Made by a program: the position numbers and the translations under genes. Below the pieces are notes generated by a model. The model saw nothing but the letters and a program-made list of their open reading frames with translations, did not search any database and had not been told where the DNA came from. Shown here piece by piece: positions 23,763 through 41,000 of a DNA stretch of 64,000 nucleotides (positions within the stretch are counted from its first letter, which is position 1; each line of letters starts with the position of its first letter). Source of the DNA: Nymphaea colorata (lineage: Eukaryota); assembly GCF_008831285.2 (NCBI RefSeq), contig NC_045138.2:8556001-8620000 (forward strand). The letters are read 5' to 3'.

Positions 23763-26106
23763 TCCTACTCTTTAAAATGAAAATTTAATCAAAGGATCGA
23801 TAACTCATGAATCATAATGATTCATGGATGAGCTCTTTTACATAGGAAGATTGAAAACTTGTTTCTAATCTCTCTATCACCCTTGATCAATTAAAAAAAA
23901 AAAAATGGAACAAAATGACTTTAAATAGAAAGAGATGAACGAATGTTCAAACTTAGTCCGTCCTTAGGTTCGGCATGCAAAGGTGGATCACATTCATGAG
24001 AATGCATCCATCCTTAATAGGCTTTTTGTCATATATGTTGCAGCAAAATCACTCTCTCACTGTAGAATTCTCTCATGGTAGGGAGTTCAAAATGGTTTCA
24101 AGCTTGTTGTTTTGAAAAGAATGTGGCCTTAGGGCCCTTTTCAAAATTTAATACATGGGTTCATCTTTAAAAAAAACTGATGCATGTATACATACATTAT
24201 GCATTAACATGTACATTTAATCGTAATTTTTTCCTAGCTAGACATTATTCTCAACCATGAAACAAATGAAAATAAACCCTTTCCACGAATTGCTGAAATT
24301 AAAATGAACTAACAAGAAGCTAAAATATATAAGAAATGAGTTAAAATCACATACCTTGCAGTCGGTCTTGATGTTTGATATTCTCCTTCGCTTGTTTTCT
24401 AAATCAAGCAATCCTAAGCAAGAATCCAAGTTTGGATTCGAGCTTAACAAAGCAAGAAGAAGAAGAATGACTTGCTGGAATTTGTAATGTGGAAGAGAAA
24501 ACTTCTCTCTACGAAAATCCTAAGTAAGGATTCACTTAAGCAGCCTAACTTAGCAAACTCGATAGAGAGAATAGGGGAAATGAAGAAGAAAATGTGAGAG
24601 AGGGGGGAAGAAGGCTATGACAAATCTTCTTTCTCCTCCTTGGCTTCTCCCTTCTAGTTTCTTGGCTGCAGCAACTTGATGAAAACTTCAAAATTTTGTT
24701 CCCCTCCTTGGTAGCCAAGGGGAAGCTTATATAGTGGAGGAGATGAGTTCAACCACCTTCTTAACTCACCTTGGGAACTTACTTGAGACCTTGGGGACTT
24801 GTAAAATGAGTTAAATAGGATTTAATAGCTCTAATTAACCATTCTTAGCCCATTTACACAAGATAAGTGGGCTGGGCTAGGTGTGGTCAACCTTGGTTCA
24901 TACCTAGCTGGCCAACTTTGACCAAAATTTTGGACAAAAATGCCCTTGCACTGGGTTTTACCTTATTTTACTCTATTTATTTTTTCTTGGTTTGAAATTA
25001 AGCTTGTTAAGTTAAAACCTAATTGTTAAGCTCTTAATGTTATTTAATTATGATAATTCAATTAAAATTTGAATAAATTTTGAAAATTCTATCAAATTTG
25101 GTTCAAAAAGGGTATTTTCATCCATAACTTGATTAAAGATAGATTTCAACTGAATCAAACTTTGGTTTGAAATATTGAATTTTAATTTGGTATTTGATTT
25201 ATGCATTTGACAAATCCAAATGTATATTTGTCTTTCATAAAATCTTAATTTAAGTACTATAATCTCAATTTGTTCATAAAAGGGTAAAATTGTCGAGATT
25301 AGTCAATTTCGATCAATTGACCAAAGTCAAAGCTCATTTGCGAGTGGTTTGATATTGTTTGAGGTAATTTGATAAATTTGAGATAAGAAAGTTCTTAATT
25401 GAGCTAAATTGTAATTTGACTGAGTTTAGTCAATGTGGATTCAATTTGGTCAAAGTCTATTTTTGTCCACTATTGGATCGCAGGACAAACCTACCCTTTT
25501 TACTGAGCTAAGCCTATGTTGACCAAACCTAGCTGAAATTGGCACCACATTTGGGTGCACTCGGGTTAAACCCACTTGGATTAAGGAGGTTAGATGAGTT
25601 TAATTATAACACTTATTCTTTTTTGGAATTTGATTTTTTCTTTAACTAAGGGAGAGAGAGAGAGATTAACGTCTCTCTTTTCCTAAGAACCCTTACTCAT
25701 TGTCTCTTGAAAATGATTTTTCCCATTTATTGAGAGAAGAATATTTTTTTTTGAAAAGGGGTGGCTCTTGACCACACGGGCTGGGTGGGGCCCACATGTG
25801 GGTCCCACATAACATTCTAAACCGAATTAGATCAAATTATTGGATTTGAATTAAAATTTGAATTTTTCAATTGGATATGGATTTCAAATTACATTTGTAA
25901 TTGGATTTGGATGTCAAATGACGTTTGGACATAGTTTGGACTCATAATCCTACATTGGGATTCATGTTGGGGGTTAAATTCATGATTTGAATCTAAATTG
26001 TTCTTTAGATTCGAAATTGGCATTGAAATTGCATTTTTTTACAGTTTCTTTTGTAAAATTTTGATATCGCTTTAGTTCTGATGTGGAAAAATTTGGGGTG
26101 TTAACA
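21999..26106 (-). mobile_element. Large (4.1 kb) solo LTR, Ty3/gypsy type
   Basis: Ends TGTTTGCACCCC ... GGGGTGTTAACA form a TG..CA inverted pair. 5-bp TSD TTTGA / TTTGG. A reverse-strand TATA-like site lies near 24727. No retroelement coding domains. It shares a ~60-bp motif with the LTRs at 33108 and 45577. (TA)n at ~23685-23759. Confidence 0.7.
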
Positions 26107-27787
26107 TTTGGAAAATCAGTTATTAACAAAATTGCCTATTCTAGTTAGGTTCTAAAAAAATCTCTTGATCAAAATGCAAGGATTTTGGTCCAATTAGTAG
26201 TCGAAGCCAACAACTACATAAGAAATCTGATTTTTACAAAGTCTATTAGTAAACGTGTATTTCCAAGTCCAATGTCAAGCTATTCTAAAATCAAAATCTG
26301 TCGGCTTTACAAAAGCCAAGCATTCTAATCATTCTAATCGAAACCAAGCTTTTAAAAGAAAGTGCTTCTTCCCAAGGAAACCTAGAGGAATCAAAATCAT
26401 GATTTTCTTACCTGAGAGAACAATTCTGAGAACTCGATCCGTAAATTTCTCAAAGATTGGGTTTTGGATCATGTGATCTCATTTTGCCTATGTTCTAGCC
26501 AAAATAGGTTGACATCAAGTCCTCGCAACTTGATTCAAGTCAAATAAATCTTGGAATTATATGAATTTTCAAAACCAAGGTTTCAAAACCTAACTAAGCT
26601 AATAGACCTTACTCCAAAAAGCCTTTTTGTTATCAAGAATGGGCTTGGAGGTCGTCCGACATTTTTCCATTCCCAATACGGGCCAATGTCTATATGAGAA
26701 TCCATTTCAGTTGTGCATGGACAGAAAGACAGCGCAACATGAATGAACATATAGTAAATGTATGCATGCACTTACTCCACAAACACAATCACTTAGCCTC
26801 GCCATGTTCTAAGTGAGTCAAGTTGGAGTCACTACCGTGACCAACTCATATTGCTACAAAAACTTGGACACCTTATTTTGAGGCGAAAACACAAAATTTT
26901 CCAAAATGGCTAGAACACTAGAATTTTCAAAATTGATTTGAAGTGGATTCATGATTTGGTTTTCCTAAAACCAGACTTCAAACCAATTTTCAGTTCAAAA
27001 CTTAACCAAAATCAAGCAAATTTTCACAATCTTGGCCAAAATTTTAAGATTTCACCAAAACAATCAGAAGTTGATTCTTTTGAAAATCCCATCAAAATCA
27101 TTCCTAGAGTCCAACCAGCACCAAAACACCAATCCAAGTTTTTCAAACCTGATCTTGATTTTGAATCAAAATGCTCATTCCAATGCCTAAACCATCAAAA
27201 CGTTCGTTCCAATGCCTGATTCTGGATCTCCAAAATTTCCAAACCAAAACCAAAACCTAAATCAAAGGCAATCAAAAGAAAACTCTCAAATCTATTTACA
27301 AAATTCTGTCTGGGATCAAGTGAAATTTACAAAATCCCCAGTTATTCCTAACCCAAAATTCCATTGTTAAAAAAGAATTCAATTCCTATTCCTGTTTTGG
27401 GATCAAAACCATGGTGTCAAATCAAGTAAGAATCAATTTTTGTCATGGTTCAAGCCTCAACCAAAGTTATTCTAGATCAAATCAACTTTTTTTTCTAAAC
27501 CTAATCAAATTTCGACTCTAAAATCTTACATCGAAAGCAAATTCTAAACCTTCAAGAACTTTTCCAAATCCCAAGATATTTTTCAATTAGTTTAATCCCA
27601 GCCATTCCTCTAAAATCCTAATTCTTAAAATTCAAGCTAGACTTCAACTATCAAGTCCATAATTTTAGCTAGAATCCTAATTCGAAAACTCTCAATTGTC
27701 AATTCAAAGTTTCAATTTTGGGATCAAATCAACTTTAGAAACCTAGAAGTTACCATAATTCAACTACCAAAATCTGGGATCAATTGT

Positions 27788-28117
27788 ACGATACAAACAA
27801 AATTGTGTCTACAAGGACACAATAAGCAATCAAAAAAATTAAATGTGATAACGATATTGTATGGACTAGTTTACGACAAAAAGGCGTTACTAAGTAGCAA
27901 CAAGCAATCAGATAAAACAGATTGTGATATCATAATTGCAGGATTCATTTGATGATACATTCTAATAAACCGTGTTTGCAAGGACGTGATAAGTGCTCAG
28001 AAAAATTTAATGTGGCAATGACACTGTGTTGATTTATTTTACGATAAAAAAGTGTTTACTAAGAGGCGACAAGGAGTTAGACAAAATAGATTGTGAACAC
28101 AATTACAGGATTCATCA
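27788..28117. repeat. Degenerate tandem repeat, about 2 x 168 bp
   Basis: Parallel blocks recur about 168 bp apart: GTGTCTACAAGGAC/GTGTTTGCAAGGAC, TTTACGACAAAAA/TTTACGATAAAAA, TTACTAAG, AGATTGTGA and CAGGATTCAT. Confidence 0.7.
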
Positions 28118-28149
28118 TCATCAAATCTCTTTTGAAAGAGAAAATTTTA

Positions 28150-30700
28150 CTTCTTTATTGTATCCCTTGGTCCTCCACTAATGGAGTTCTTGTGAAAACT
28201 TGCTGCAAAGAGAACCTCGTAGCTCTTTAGCAGATTTATATTGAAGGAACACTTGATACACTGAATTTGCTTCTTCTGTACACATATCACAACAACTAGC
28301 AAGAGAGAGTTTACACATATCACAACAACTAGCAAGAGAGAGATCCATCTGCATGAGTTTTTCAAGGAAATGAAATGTTCCAAAAAACGTGTTGCTTGTT
28401 GGATAAGTGGGGACAGTTTTAGGGATAATGAATTCAATTGCATGATTCTCTTTCATCCTCTTGTTTGGGGTTGTAAGTCAATATGAAACCCCTATTCACA
28501 GTCATTATGTTTAAGCAAGTAAAAGCCTTTGAATTTTAAGAAGAATCAATCTATGATAAATCAATTCCACCTTGGTATTTTTTAAATCGGCCTAAACTTC
28601 ATTGCAAACTATCTTCTCAAAATTGATGCCCAGTAGTAGATAAAAAAATAATATCATGTCTCATTGTTCTCTTCAAAAACTTGCTGCTCTTCCATTTCCA
28701 AGACTCAAGGAAACATTATAAGCAATCTCATCTCAACCACAAATTGTAGTTTCCAAGACCAAGAATGTTGTCAAACTAGATTGGTGCACATGGTTCCTTC
28801 TAACTAAATGAGCGTGACCACATGAGGATTGGGACATCCTTGTTCCTGGGCCCAAAGATGTCATGCTGGCCTAATTATCTAAATGAAAAAGGTTCTTCAT
28901 CCCCATTCCACCCTTCATATAGGCAACAAATGAAGTCCCATCAAACGAGTTGGGGTATTAGTTACTCCTAGATCACCCCAAAGAATTTCAATTATAAATT
29001 TTGTTATCTCAAAAGTAATGGACTAAAGAATTCTAAAGTCAAAGAGCGGACAACCACAAATTTGGTATAGAATTGATTATTATGAGACTTAGTCTTCCTA
29101 CTTAGGGAGGAGAGAGAGAGAGAGACGTGAGGCAAGACCTATAGTAGAATGCAGAAAATTGCTTACAAATCATTATTCAAGGAGAGTACTAGATTAGACA
29201 AGTTACAACTAAAAATTTTGTTCTTTCACACATTGATGTATCCCGAAGGGTAAGGGATGTGAGATGTGGTGTCTCGATCAAACAAAAACAGGATTGTTGA
29301 ACCATTTGTTGTGTTTTATACTCAGTTTTAAATAGATGAAATATGCTAGTGTCTAAGACCTGAGGGTATAGGTCCATGACACCATAATGCATTGTTATGT
29401 CTATAACTGAGTCCATCTGTGTAGAAATGATCCTTTATAATGAGTTGGATGGGGCAGACGAATCATTGATGCACTAAGTGTAGATGCCTTCAAGGGTCAG
29501 TTGATGTGTAATAATATACTTCAGAACAATTGTCTAACGCTTTTAGATGTGAGAGGATTTGCTTGTAGGCAATTGGAAAAGTATACCAAACTGCCTTACA
29601 ATAATGAGGTAATTGGTTTTCTATAACATTACCCAAGGATCTTCTAAAGTAAGCAAATGGGTTAACCACTTGAGAACGAGAGTCAAGTTCTAGGCCCTTA
29701 GACTAGGGATGCCTAGACTGCCTCTAGAGAAGGGAGAGCCAATGAGGTCCCAAGAAATTAATTTTTTTTCTTAGATTAGTGTGTATCATTCTAAAGGAAT
29801 ATGTTTAGGATGGAATTGATTTTCTTCTTCTTTGATTTTGGGAACATGTGTGCAGCCATGCAATGAACTGGGATGAAGGATAGCCTGAAGTGAATAATGG
29901 TAAGTATGTCGAGCAAGGGAATGTGCCTGTCCTTCCTAACCACTAAGTCCTTTGAACATCTTCCAATTAAATTTGACAATACTTTCAACTTACTATCAAA
30001 TAGGTGAAGCCTTACATAATTCAGAAGGGGACTCTTAATCGTTCCATATAAGCAACCAATTAATACATTCTCGTAACTATCTTGATTCACTTGAAAGGGA
30101 ATGATTAATGGTTTTTTTTGAATTTGTTGTCATACCTGTCATACTATCATCCAAAAATATTTTCAGTTTTAGCACTACCGATCTTTGACCACACAGAAAA
30201 AGGATATTATTCATGAAGCAAAAGGCTAGAAACAAGTTCACTTTCACATAGCCTAGAAACAAAAACTTTGGCTGTTCATTTCAACCTTCAATTTTTGTGA
30301 CAAAATAATTGCTATCAAAAAAAGAAGAAGGGATAGTTAGTTGCCTTGTTTTTACTTTTGTTGGCAACAAAGAAAAGTATTATCACATCCATTTAGGATG
30401 ATGGCAAATGAATAACCATTGCATTACCTTATCCATCCAAAAGCCGAGAGCCAACAATACATTCTTAAAGGATTCCTAGTTAACTATAACATATGTTTTT
30501 GATAAGTCAAACTTTAATGAAAGAGAGGGTCATTTATGCTTGTCCAAACTATTCATTACTTCACGGCCAAAATGATTTGATCTGGAATCACCTTCATTGA
30601 AAAAAAAACTTATTTAGGTATAATAATTCTTGTTAAGACTAATTTCAGATGGTCTAACATGTCCTCAATAATGAGTTTATAAATGTTATAATAGAGGGCA
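28150..30700 (-). mobile_element. Highly decayed LINE-like RT remnant
   Basis: Scattered minus-strand motifs only weakly resemble L1 ORF2 (an LSPF-like stretch near 29740, a Y-x-G-L-like stretch near 29140, an FFGV stretch near 28980). No long ORF; boundaries uncertain. Confidence 0.45.
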
Positions 30701-31136
30701 ATTGACATGAATTTTTTATATCAATTGCTCATTAGAATTTTAAAATAGGGACAATGTGGGATCTATTATTCTTTTATATTCTATCTGGATTTGCAACATA
30801 GATATCTTTTTCTACTATGTTCAAATGAGTTTGGAAAAGTATATTGGTGTTAAGGAAAGTAAACGAGAACATTTAAAAGAAGATAAGGTTGATGTTAAGA
30901 CTGTGATAGTTCCTTTTGGATAATAATGTCAAGAACAAATCGTGAGCTGCAATTGTTGTTTTTTAGTATCAGAATATTTTCTTTCTTTACCTGTTGTAAA
31001 TCAGTTTTCATTTTTCGTTGTATGCAATATATCTTTCCTTAAAATATACAAGGAGAGGATATAAATACCATATCAATTGTACACATCAATTATCAATTGT
31101 CAATACAATCAATTCCTTTACTCTCTCATTCTTTTA

Positions 31137-31148
31137 TGGTATCAGAGC
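31137..31148 (+). promoter_or_regulatory. Primer-binding site complementary to the 3' end of initiator tRNA-Met
   Basis: TGGTATCAGAGC directly upstream of the copia gag. Confidence 0.9.
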
Positions 31149-33107
31149 TCTGGTCTTCTTCCTCTAGAAGTCTCATGGTTGTTGTCATGAACCCAATGAA
31201 ATAACGTTGCTACACTAGTCTCAGTTAAACTCAACAAAGATAACTATTTATTATGGCGAAGTCAACTAGAGTTAGTAGTGGACTCTCAAGATCTTCTTCA
31301 ATTTGTTGATGGGATCAAAGTTGTGCCACAGAAGGAAATAACAAAGGATGGTAAGATTGAAGTAAACCTAGAATTTGTTGCATGGAGAAGGTTGGATCAA
31401 TTCGCATTAAGTTGGATCAAGGCAATGGTCACGGAGATGTGCTCCAAATGTGCTCATGATGCTTGGTCGACTCTTGAAAAATCTTATGGTTCTCAGTCTC
31501 CTTTGAGAGTCATGTTGCGTAAGGAGTTGCTTCTTATAAAGAAGGGAAGTACATCTATGCAAGCTTATTTAGATAAAATCAAGTTTCTTTCGGATACTCT
31601 ATCTACTATTGGTTAAGATATATCTTATCAAGAGTTAGTCAAATCACTGTTAGTGGACTTTTGTTAGAGTGTGAAAGTTTCATAACAATGCTTGCCGAAC
31701 CATCATCTCAAATATCTCTTTTTCTGAACTATTTGATCTACTGCTCAATCAGAAAAAATGACTTGTCTTACTTAAATCTCCTTCAATTGAATCTATTGAA
31801 TTTGTTCAGCAGCATCACAGGTTGTCAACCAAACTATGTTTAGTGCTTTTTGTGGGCAATGCCGAGGCCGAAGATTTTTTCATGGCCGAGGAGGAAGGTA
31901 TCAAGGAGGTCGTGGAAATTTCTCTTAGGGACAAGGAAATTAGTCCCAACAACACCACTCTAGTTCTGTCAATATTGAAAATCATCAACACAATTCTATA
32001 GTTTGCCAATATTGTGGAAGGAAAGGACAGTCGGCTAGATCGTGTTATGACATCCCTCAGGCCTACTATGCTATGAGTCTACAAAACTCAAGGAATGAAT
32101 ATTGGTATCCTGATACCGGTGCTACTATATTTTAGCAAGTAATGATATGATGCAAAACAAGGCTACTCATGATGGACCAGAGAATGTTATGATTGGTAAT
32201 GGTTCTCGTCTTTCTATAAACACTGTGGTGATCTATTAGACAATATGGATTAGAATTCATGTAAACTTAAAAATGCTCTTCACATCCCCACTATTGCTCA
32301 TAATTTATTGTCGGTTGGAAAATTTACTTCTGATAATGACTGCATTTTTGAGTTCTCACCATATGATTTTGTGATCAATGATTGGCGAACAAACAAGTTT
32401 CTTCTTCGGGGGCCAAAGAAGTGTAATGGACTTTACCCCATTTTGGTGATGAGAGCTGGTGAAAATGAAGAAAAATAGCCTTTAGCAGTTGGTTTTCACA
32501 TAATACTGTTGCAGCTTCTTATGCACTATGGCACCGCCAGTTAGGACATGCCAATAAAAGGATGGTGAATCTTTTAAATTCTAGTTGTTTAATTTCAATA
32601 AACTCTCCATCTAGAAGAGTTGTTCGTGAATCTCGTCTTGTTGGTAAAATGCATAAACAATAATTTCCTTCTTTTGAGTTTCATGCTTCTCGAGCTCTTG
32701 AAATGCTACACATGGACATTTGGGGACTCGCTCACATGTCCTCTAAAGATGGTTTTAAATATTTCTTTTTGTTAGTTGATAATTTTTCTCACTACTCATG
32801 GATGTTTCCTCTAGAGACAAAATCTGAATTGGTTGAAATGTTTCTGCAATTTTAAAATTTTGGAGGAAAAACAACTGAGCTCGACTATTGCCACCATTCA
32901 ATCTGACAATGGTGGAGAATTTTGCAACAAGGCGTTGGGATCATTTTGTGAAGAAAATAGAATTCTTCATCGGTTTTCATATCCATATACGCCTAAACAA
33001 AACGACATAGTTGAAAGGAAAAATAGACATGTTGTACAAACTGGATTGAGTATATTGCATGATGCTAGTCTCGACTACAAATTTTAGGTTGAACCTTTCA
33101 GGACTAT

Positions 33108-36269
<3,162 letters not shown>

Positions 36270-38029
36270 ACTGCAGTATATGTTATTAATCGTCTCCCAA
36301 CTCTCAGGCTTAACCGGAAGACTCATTTTCAATTGTTGTTTGACAAGGTGCCATGTTATACTCATTTACGAGCTTTTGGATCTGTATGTTATCCACTTCT
36401 CTCTTTATCTAACAACTCTAAGTTCCAACCAAAAACCATTCACTGCATCTTTCTTGTCTATGCCAACAGACATAAATGGTATATTTGTTATGATGCCACA
36501 CTTCAAAGTACTATTATTTCTTGGCATGTAATTTTTGATGAAAGATTTTATAAAGGGCAGCCTTCCACATTTTTTGATCTGTCACTATGGATACCTAATT
36601 CTAGACTTGATCATGGTAAGGGTGATAATCTTGGACATAGAATTTCTCAAGACAAGATTCCTCCATTAGTCGAGCATGTGCCTCAAGATATTATTCTTCC
36701 ATTAGTCTCATGCATCTTTACCATCTCAACAACAAAGCTGTTTATTACCACACGTCAAAGACTTTCAGTTTCTCATAATGACTACAATGACATCTCCACT
36801 CGTCCTAGACAAGGTATTGCTGGAAATGGTTCCATGCACCAACAACCTAGATCTTTATTGCCACTTGTTGCAAGTTGTTCAACTTGTCATGGTGATGGAT
36901 CCATGCAGCAGCAACCACGATCTGTATTGCCACTTGTTACAAATTCGTCACGTTTTGACGACGACTTTAATGACTCGTCCATCTCATCCATACAAGAAAG
37001 TGTTGGACATCACGCAACATGATTTTCTCTTATCCACCAATGCAACCACCAGATCTTTAGCAGCCTCTACAGCACAAACTCAAAATTCCACCATCACTCG
37101 ACCTTTACACCATACACATCTTATGGTCACAAGGTTGATGACTGGTTCCTTGGTACAAAAAACCTTTTGTGCCATATTCGATCAAACTGAACCAACAACT
37201 TTTAAAGAGGCAAATAAGGATAGAGCTTGGCAGCAAGCAATGAAAAATAAGATCGAAGCACTCAAACAAAACAAGGGGTGGTGTCTTATTCCCTTATAAC
37301 CCGGTCTTCATGCCATTAGTTCAAAGTGGGTTTACAAACTTAAATCAAACATTGATGGGTCCATAGCTAGACATAAAGCATTACTTGTTGCTCATAGTTT
37401 TTTTACAAAAGGCACTTATCGACTATTAAAAAAAAATCAGTCCAACAGTGAAACCTACTACTATTCGGGTTTTGCTCTCCTTAGCTGTGCAATATAGGTA
37501 GTCTCTTCGACAACTTGACTTTGACAATGCATCTCTCAATGGCTATCTTGATGAAGATGTCTATATGACTCAACCTAAAGGATTTGAAGATCAAGAATAT
37601 CCTAATTATATATGCAAGCTCGAAAAGCCTTTTATGGCCTTAAACAAGCTCTTCAAGTTTGGCACCATAAGCTCAGTTGCCATCTCCAACAGCTTGGTTT
37701 CTTTATTTCAGAGTCTGGTGCGTCTCTCTTCATCTATTCTGAAGGCAATGCCATGCTTTACATACATGTCTATGTTGACGATTTAATCATCACTGGATCC
37801 TCACCACTATTTGTTCATTGGGTTATTTGGCAACTAAAGGATACATTTTCAGTTAAAGATCTTGGACGTTTATCCTATTTTCTTGGGGTCGAAGTCACAC
37901 GGAAAGCACAATCATCATATCTATGTCAACAGTCTTATATTACAAATATTATCAAGCGAGCTAATATGGCTATGTCCAAGCCTACTACTTATCCTATGAG
38001 TACTACTAAGGGCAATGATACTTAAAGAA

Positions 38030-41000
38030 ACATAAGAGACGATCCAAGAAACCCCCCAAAGTTCTTGATTACATTACTTATGTTGCTAATGAGCCTCTAA
38101 ATGATAGTGTCAAAGATGGCAATATGCGAGAGGAGGATACGTCCTTGTTGAGGAGGTCCTCAGCAAGCATCCACGCTAATGCTGAGACCCCAATCACTCC
38201 CTCTATGGAGAATGATGATATAGAGGAGATGAGGGAACTAGACCCAACCTCGCAAACTACCCTATCCAGCTCTAGGGATTCATATGTTTTTATCTATGCT
38301 TATGAAAGTTCCTGCATGGAATATTAGAAATATACATCATCGTCAAGATATGAAACCCGATGTTATGTTTATAATTGACTCCATGCTAACTACTAATGCT
38401 ATTTCCATTTTATGCAATACATTCCCCTCTTACAAGTTCGTGGCCATTACTCAGAGCCCAGAGAACACGCCAGAGTTATTATGGTTGGAATCCCTCCTTG
38501 GTATCAGCAGAAACTAGCTATACGAAGTTCCTTATGAGGGTCACGTGCCAAATAAAAAGCTTGGGCTTTTGTTTCAATGTTTTTGGAGTCTACCTACACA
38601 ACCATCTTCTCACCCATAGGTTGTCGCTTAGACAGATTTTGGATGCAGTCAGCTTAAGCAATCTCCCTAGTTTGGTTATCGGTGACTTTAACGCTATACA
38701 TGTGCCTGGCTCAAGATAGAACTGGGAGGCCGCTAGCCATGTGTCATGTGACGACTTCAATGCCTTACTCCACAATGGTGAGCTTCCCATTGTGGTAGAC
38801 CATGTTGTGCTCACTCTTCGTGTTACGGTTCTGAAGAGGAGTCTATTTTATGTCGCCTTGACTAAGCATTAGTTTCCAACTCTTGGCGTCTTCAGCCCCA
38901 GCACCACCTTTTTTTGTCTGCACCCTTATAAGATCCACATCTGACCAATGTCCTATTATTTTCAATTGCATGGATAGCAACAATGGCAGTTTCGGTAAAG
39001 GTATGTTCAGATTTTTTAACTGTTGGCTGCTTCGCCCAGACTGTGAACAGATTTTTCGGGAGGCTTAAGTCTGATGATTTGCGTCATTAATAAATCGAAC
39101 GAACCATATCAAGCTGACCAAATTGAATAAGCAGTGTTATGGTAACATTTCAACTAAGGTGAAGGACTTAAAATCAAAATTAGAATACATTCAACCCAGA
39201 CAGCATTTTTAAGACTGTGAGGAAGCAGAACATGAATGCATGCTGAGGCAAGAATTGGAGACGGCCCTGAAGAAAGAAAAGGCATTTGGAGACAGAAAGC
39301 TAGGGTCACTTGGTTAAACATGGGTGACCAACATACCCATTTTTTCATGCCCAAGTGAATCGATGGAACCATAAACAGAGTATTTGAGCAATTCATGTCA
39401 ATGGATTGTGGCAGAAAATCCAAAACAAGTCCATACTCTTTGCATGGATTGTTTCATGCAAGTCTACGGGAATCACGATTTAGCTGAGCCCCCTTCTATC
39501 CCTTATCAGAGGATCACAAGGTATCCCCTTTGAAAATGATTTCCTTAGCATGCCAGTTGACAAAGAGAAAATTTGCAAAGGTAATGCCCTAGGCCTGGTT
39601 TGGTTCGGAGCTGAATTCTTCACTTATTTTTGGCATATAGTGGGCTTTGGCATTTGCATGGCTGTTGGAGATTTTTTCAAAATAGGCCGTATTTTGAAGT
39701 CTACCAATAGATCTCACACATCTCTTATTTCGAAGATTCAAGTTGCAGTAAAACATCACTGATTTCAGGCCTGTTTCTCTCTACAATAAAATCATTTCTA
39801 GAATCATGGTCGACTGTATGAAACCTATTCTTGAGCAATTCATTAGCAAGGAGCAAGGGGCTTTCATCCCCAATCGTGTTATCTAGGACCACATTATTTA
39901 CACCTTATGAGCTTGTGAATAGTCTACAGAACTAGGCCTGGGCATCCGGCCGGCTCGACCTGGTCAAAATAAAAAAAATATTTTTTTTAAATATAAAATA
40001 ATTTTTTAAATATAAAATATATTTTTAATAATAAAATATGTATTATTAATCAAACAAAATAATATTAAAAATTTATCAATCGAAACCTGTCGGCCCGATG
40101 CCCATCTCTATACACAACCATTCCGGTAGCTCTCTCCTTCTCAACTTGGATCTTTCCAAGGCCTATGATAGAATCAGCTGGAGATCACTAAGGTATTCCC
40201 TCCTTTAGGTGTTGGAGAATTTTGGGTTTCTACAATTACGAAATGTGTTGAATCAGTTTCATTTGCTATGATTATCAATGGTAAAGACGGAAAGTTCTTT
40301 GAGGCTAAGCGTGGGTTGAGACAAGGAGACCCCTTATCAACATATCTTTTCATGAATGTGGTGGAGATGTATACTTCAGACATATTAGTGTTTCTAAGTT
40401 CAGAGGAGTCCCACAGATTCCGATATACTATGCTGATGATGCCATGTTCGTGTGCAAAGCTAAAAGAAAGACGGTCTCCCATTTCAAAGAAGTTTTGAAC
40501 GACTTCGAGGCCAAAGGTAATCAACAAACAGAAGTCAGCTATCATAGCCTTCCATATTCACAATGACTATAGGAATGAATTCCAAGAGATTCTTGGCTGG
40601 AATAAAGGTGAGCTACCAATTAAATACATGGGCTTGCCCTTATTCTATGGTGGCATGCATCACTCTCTCTCCGTCCCTCTAGTAGCTAAAGTGGATCATA
40701 AGCTTGCTAGCTGGAAAGGCAAGCTCTCATCCTATGTTGGCCGCTACTGCCTCATTCGCCTTCTTGTGCCACACCAAGCTATTCACTGTTGGACAGTCGT
40801 TTTCTGACTTCCTGATGCCATTATTTCTAAGCTTGAATGCATGTGTAACAGTGAGGACCACAAACGTCTCCACTTGATCAACTGGAAAAGTCTCTGTTTT
40901 CCTCACAATAAATGGGGAGCTGGATTTTGCAACCTCAACTCTTTTATGAAGGCTCGATTAAAATATCTAGCTTTCAAAAAGCTTACTCAGTGTGGTAGAT

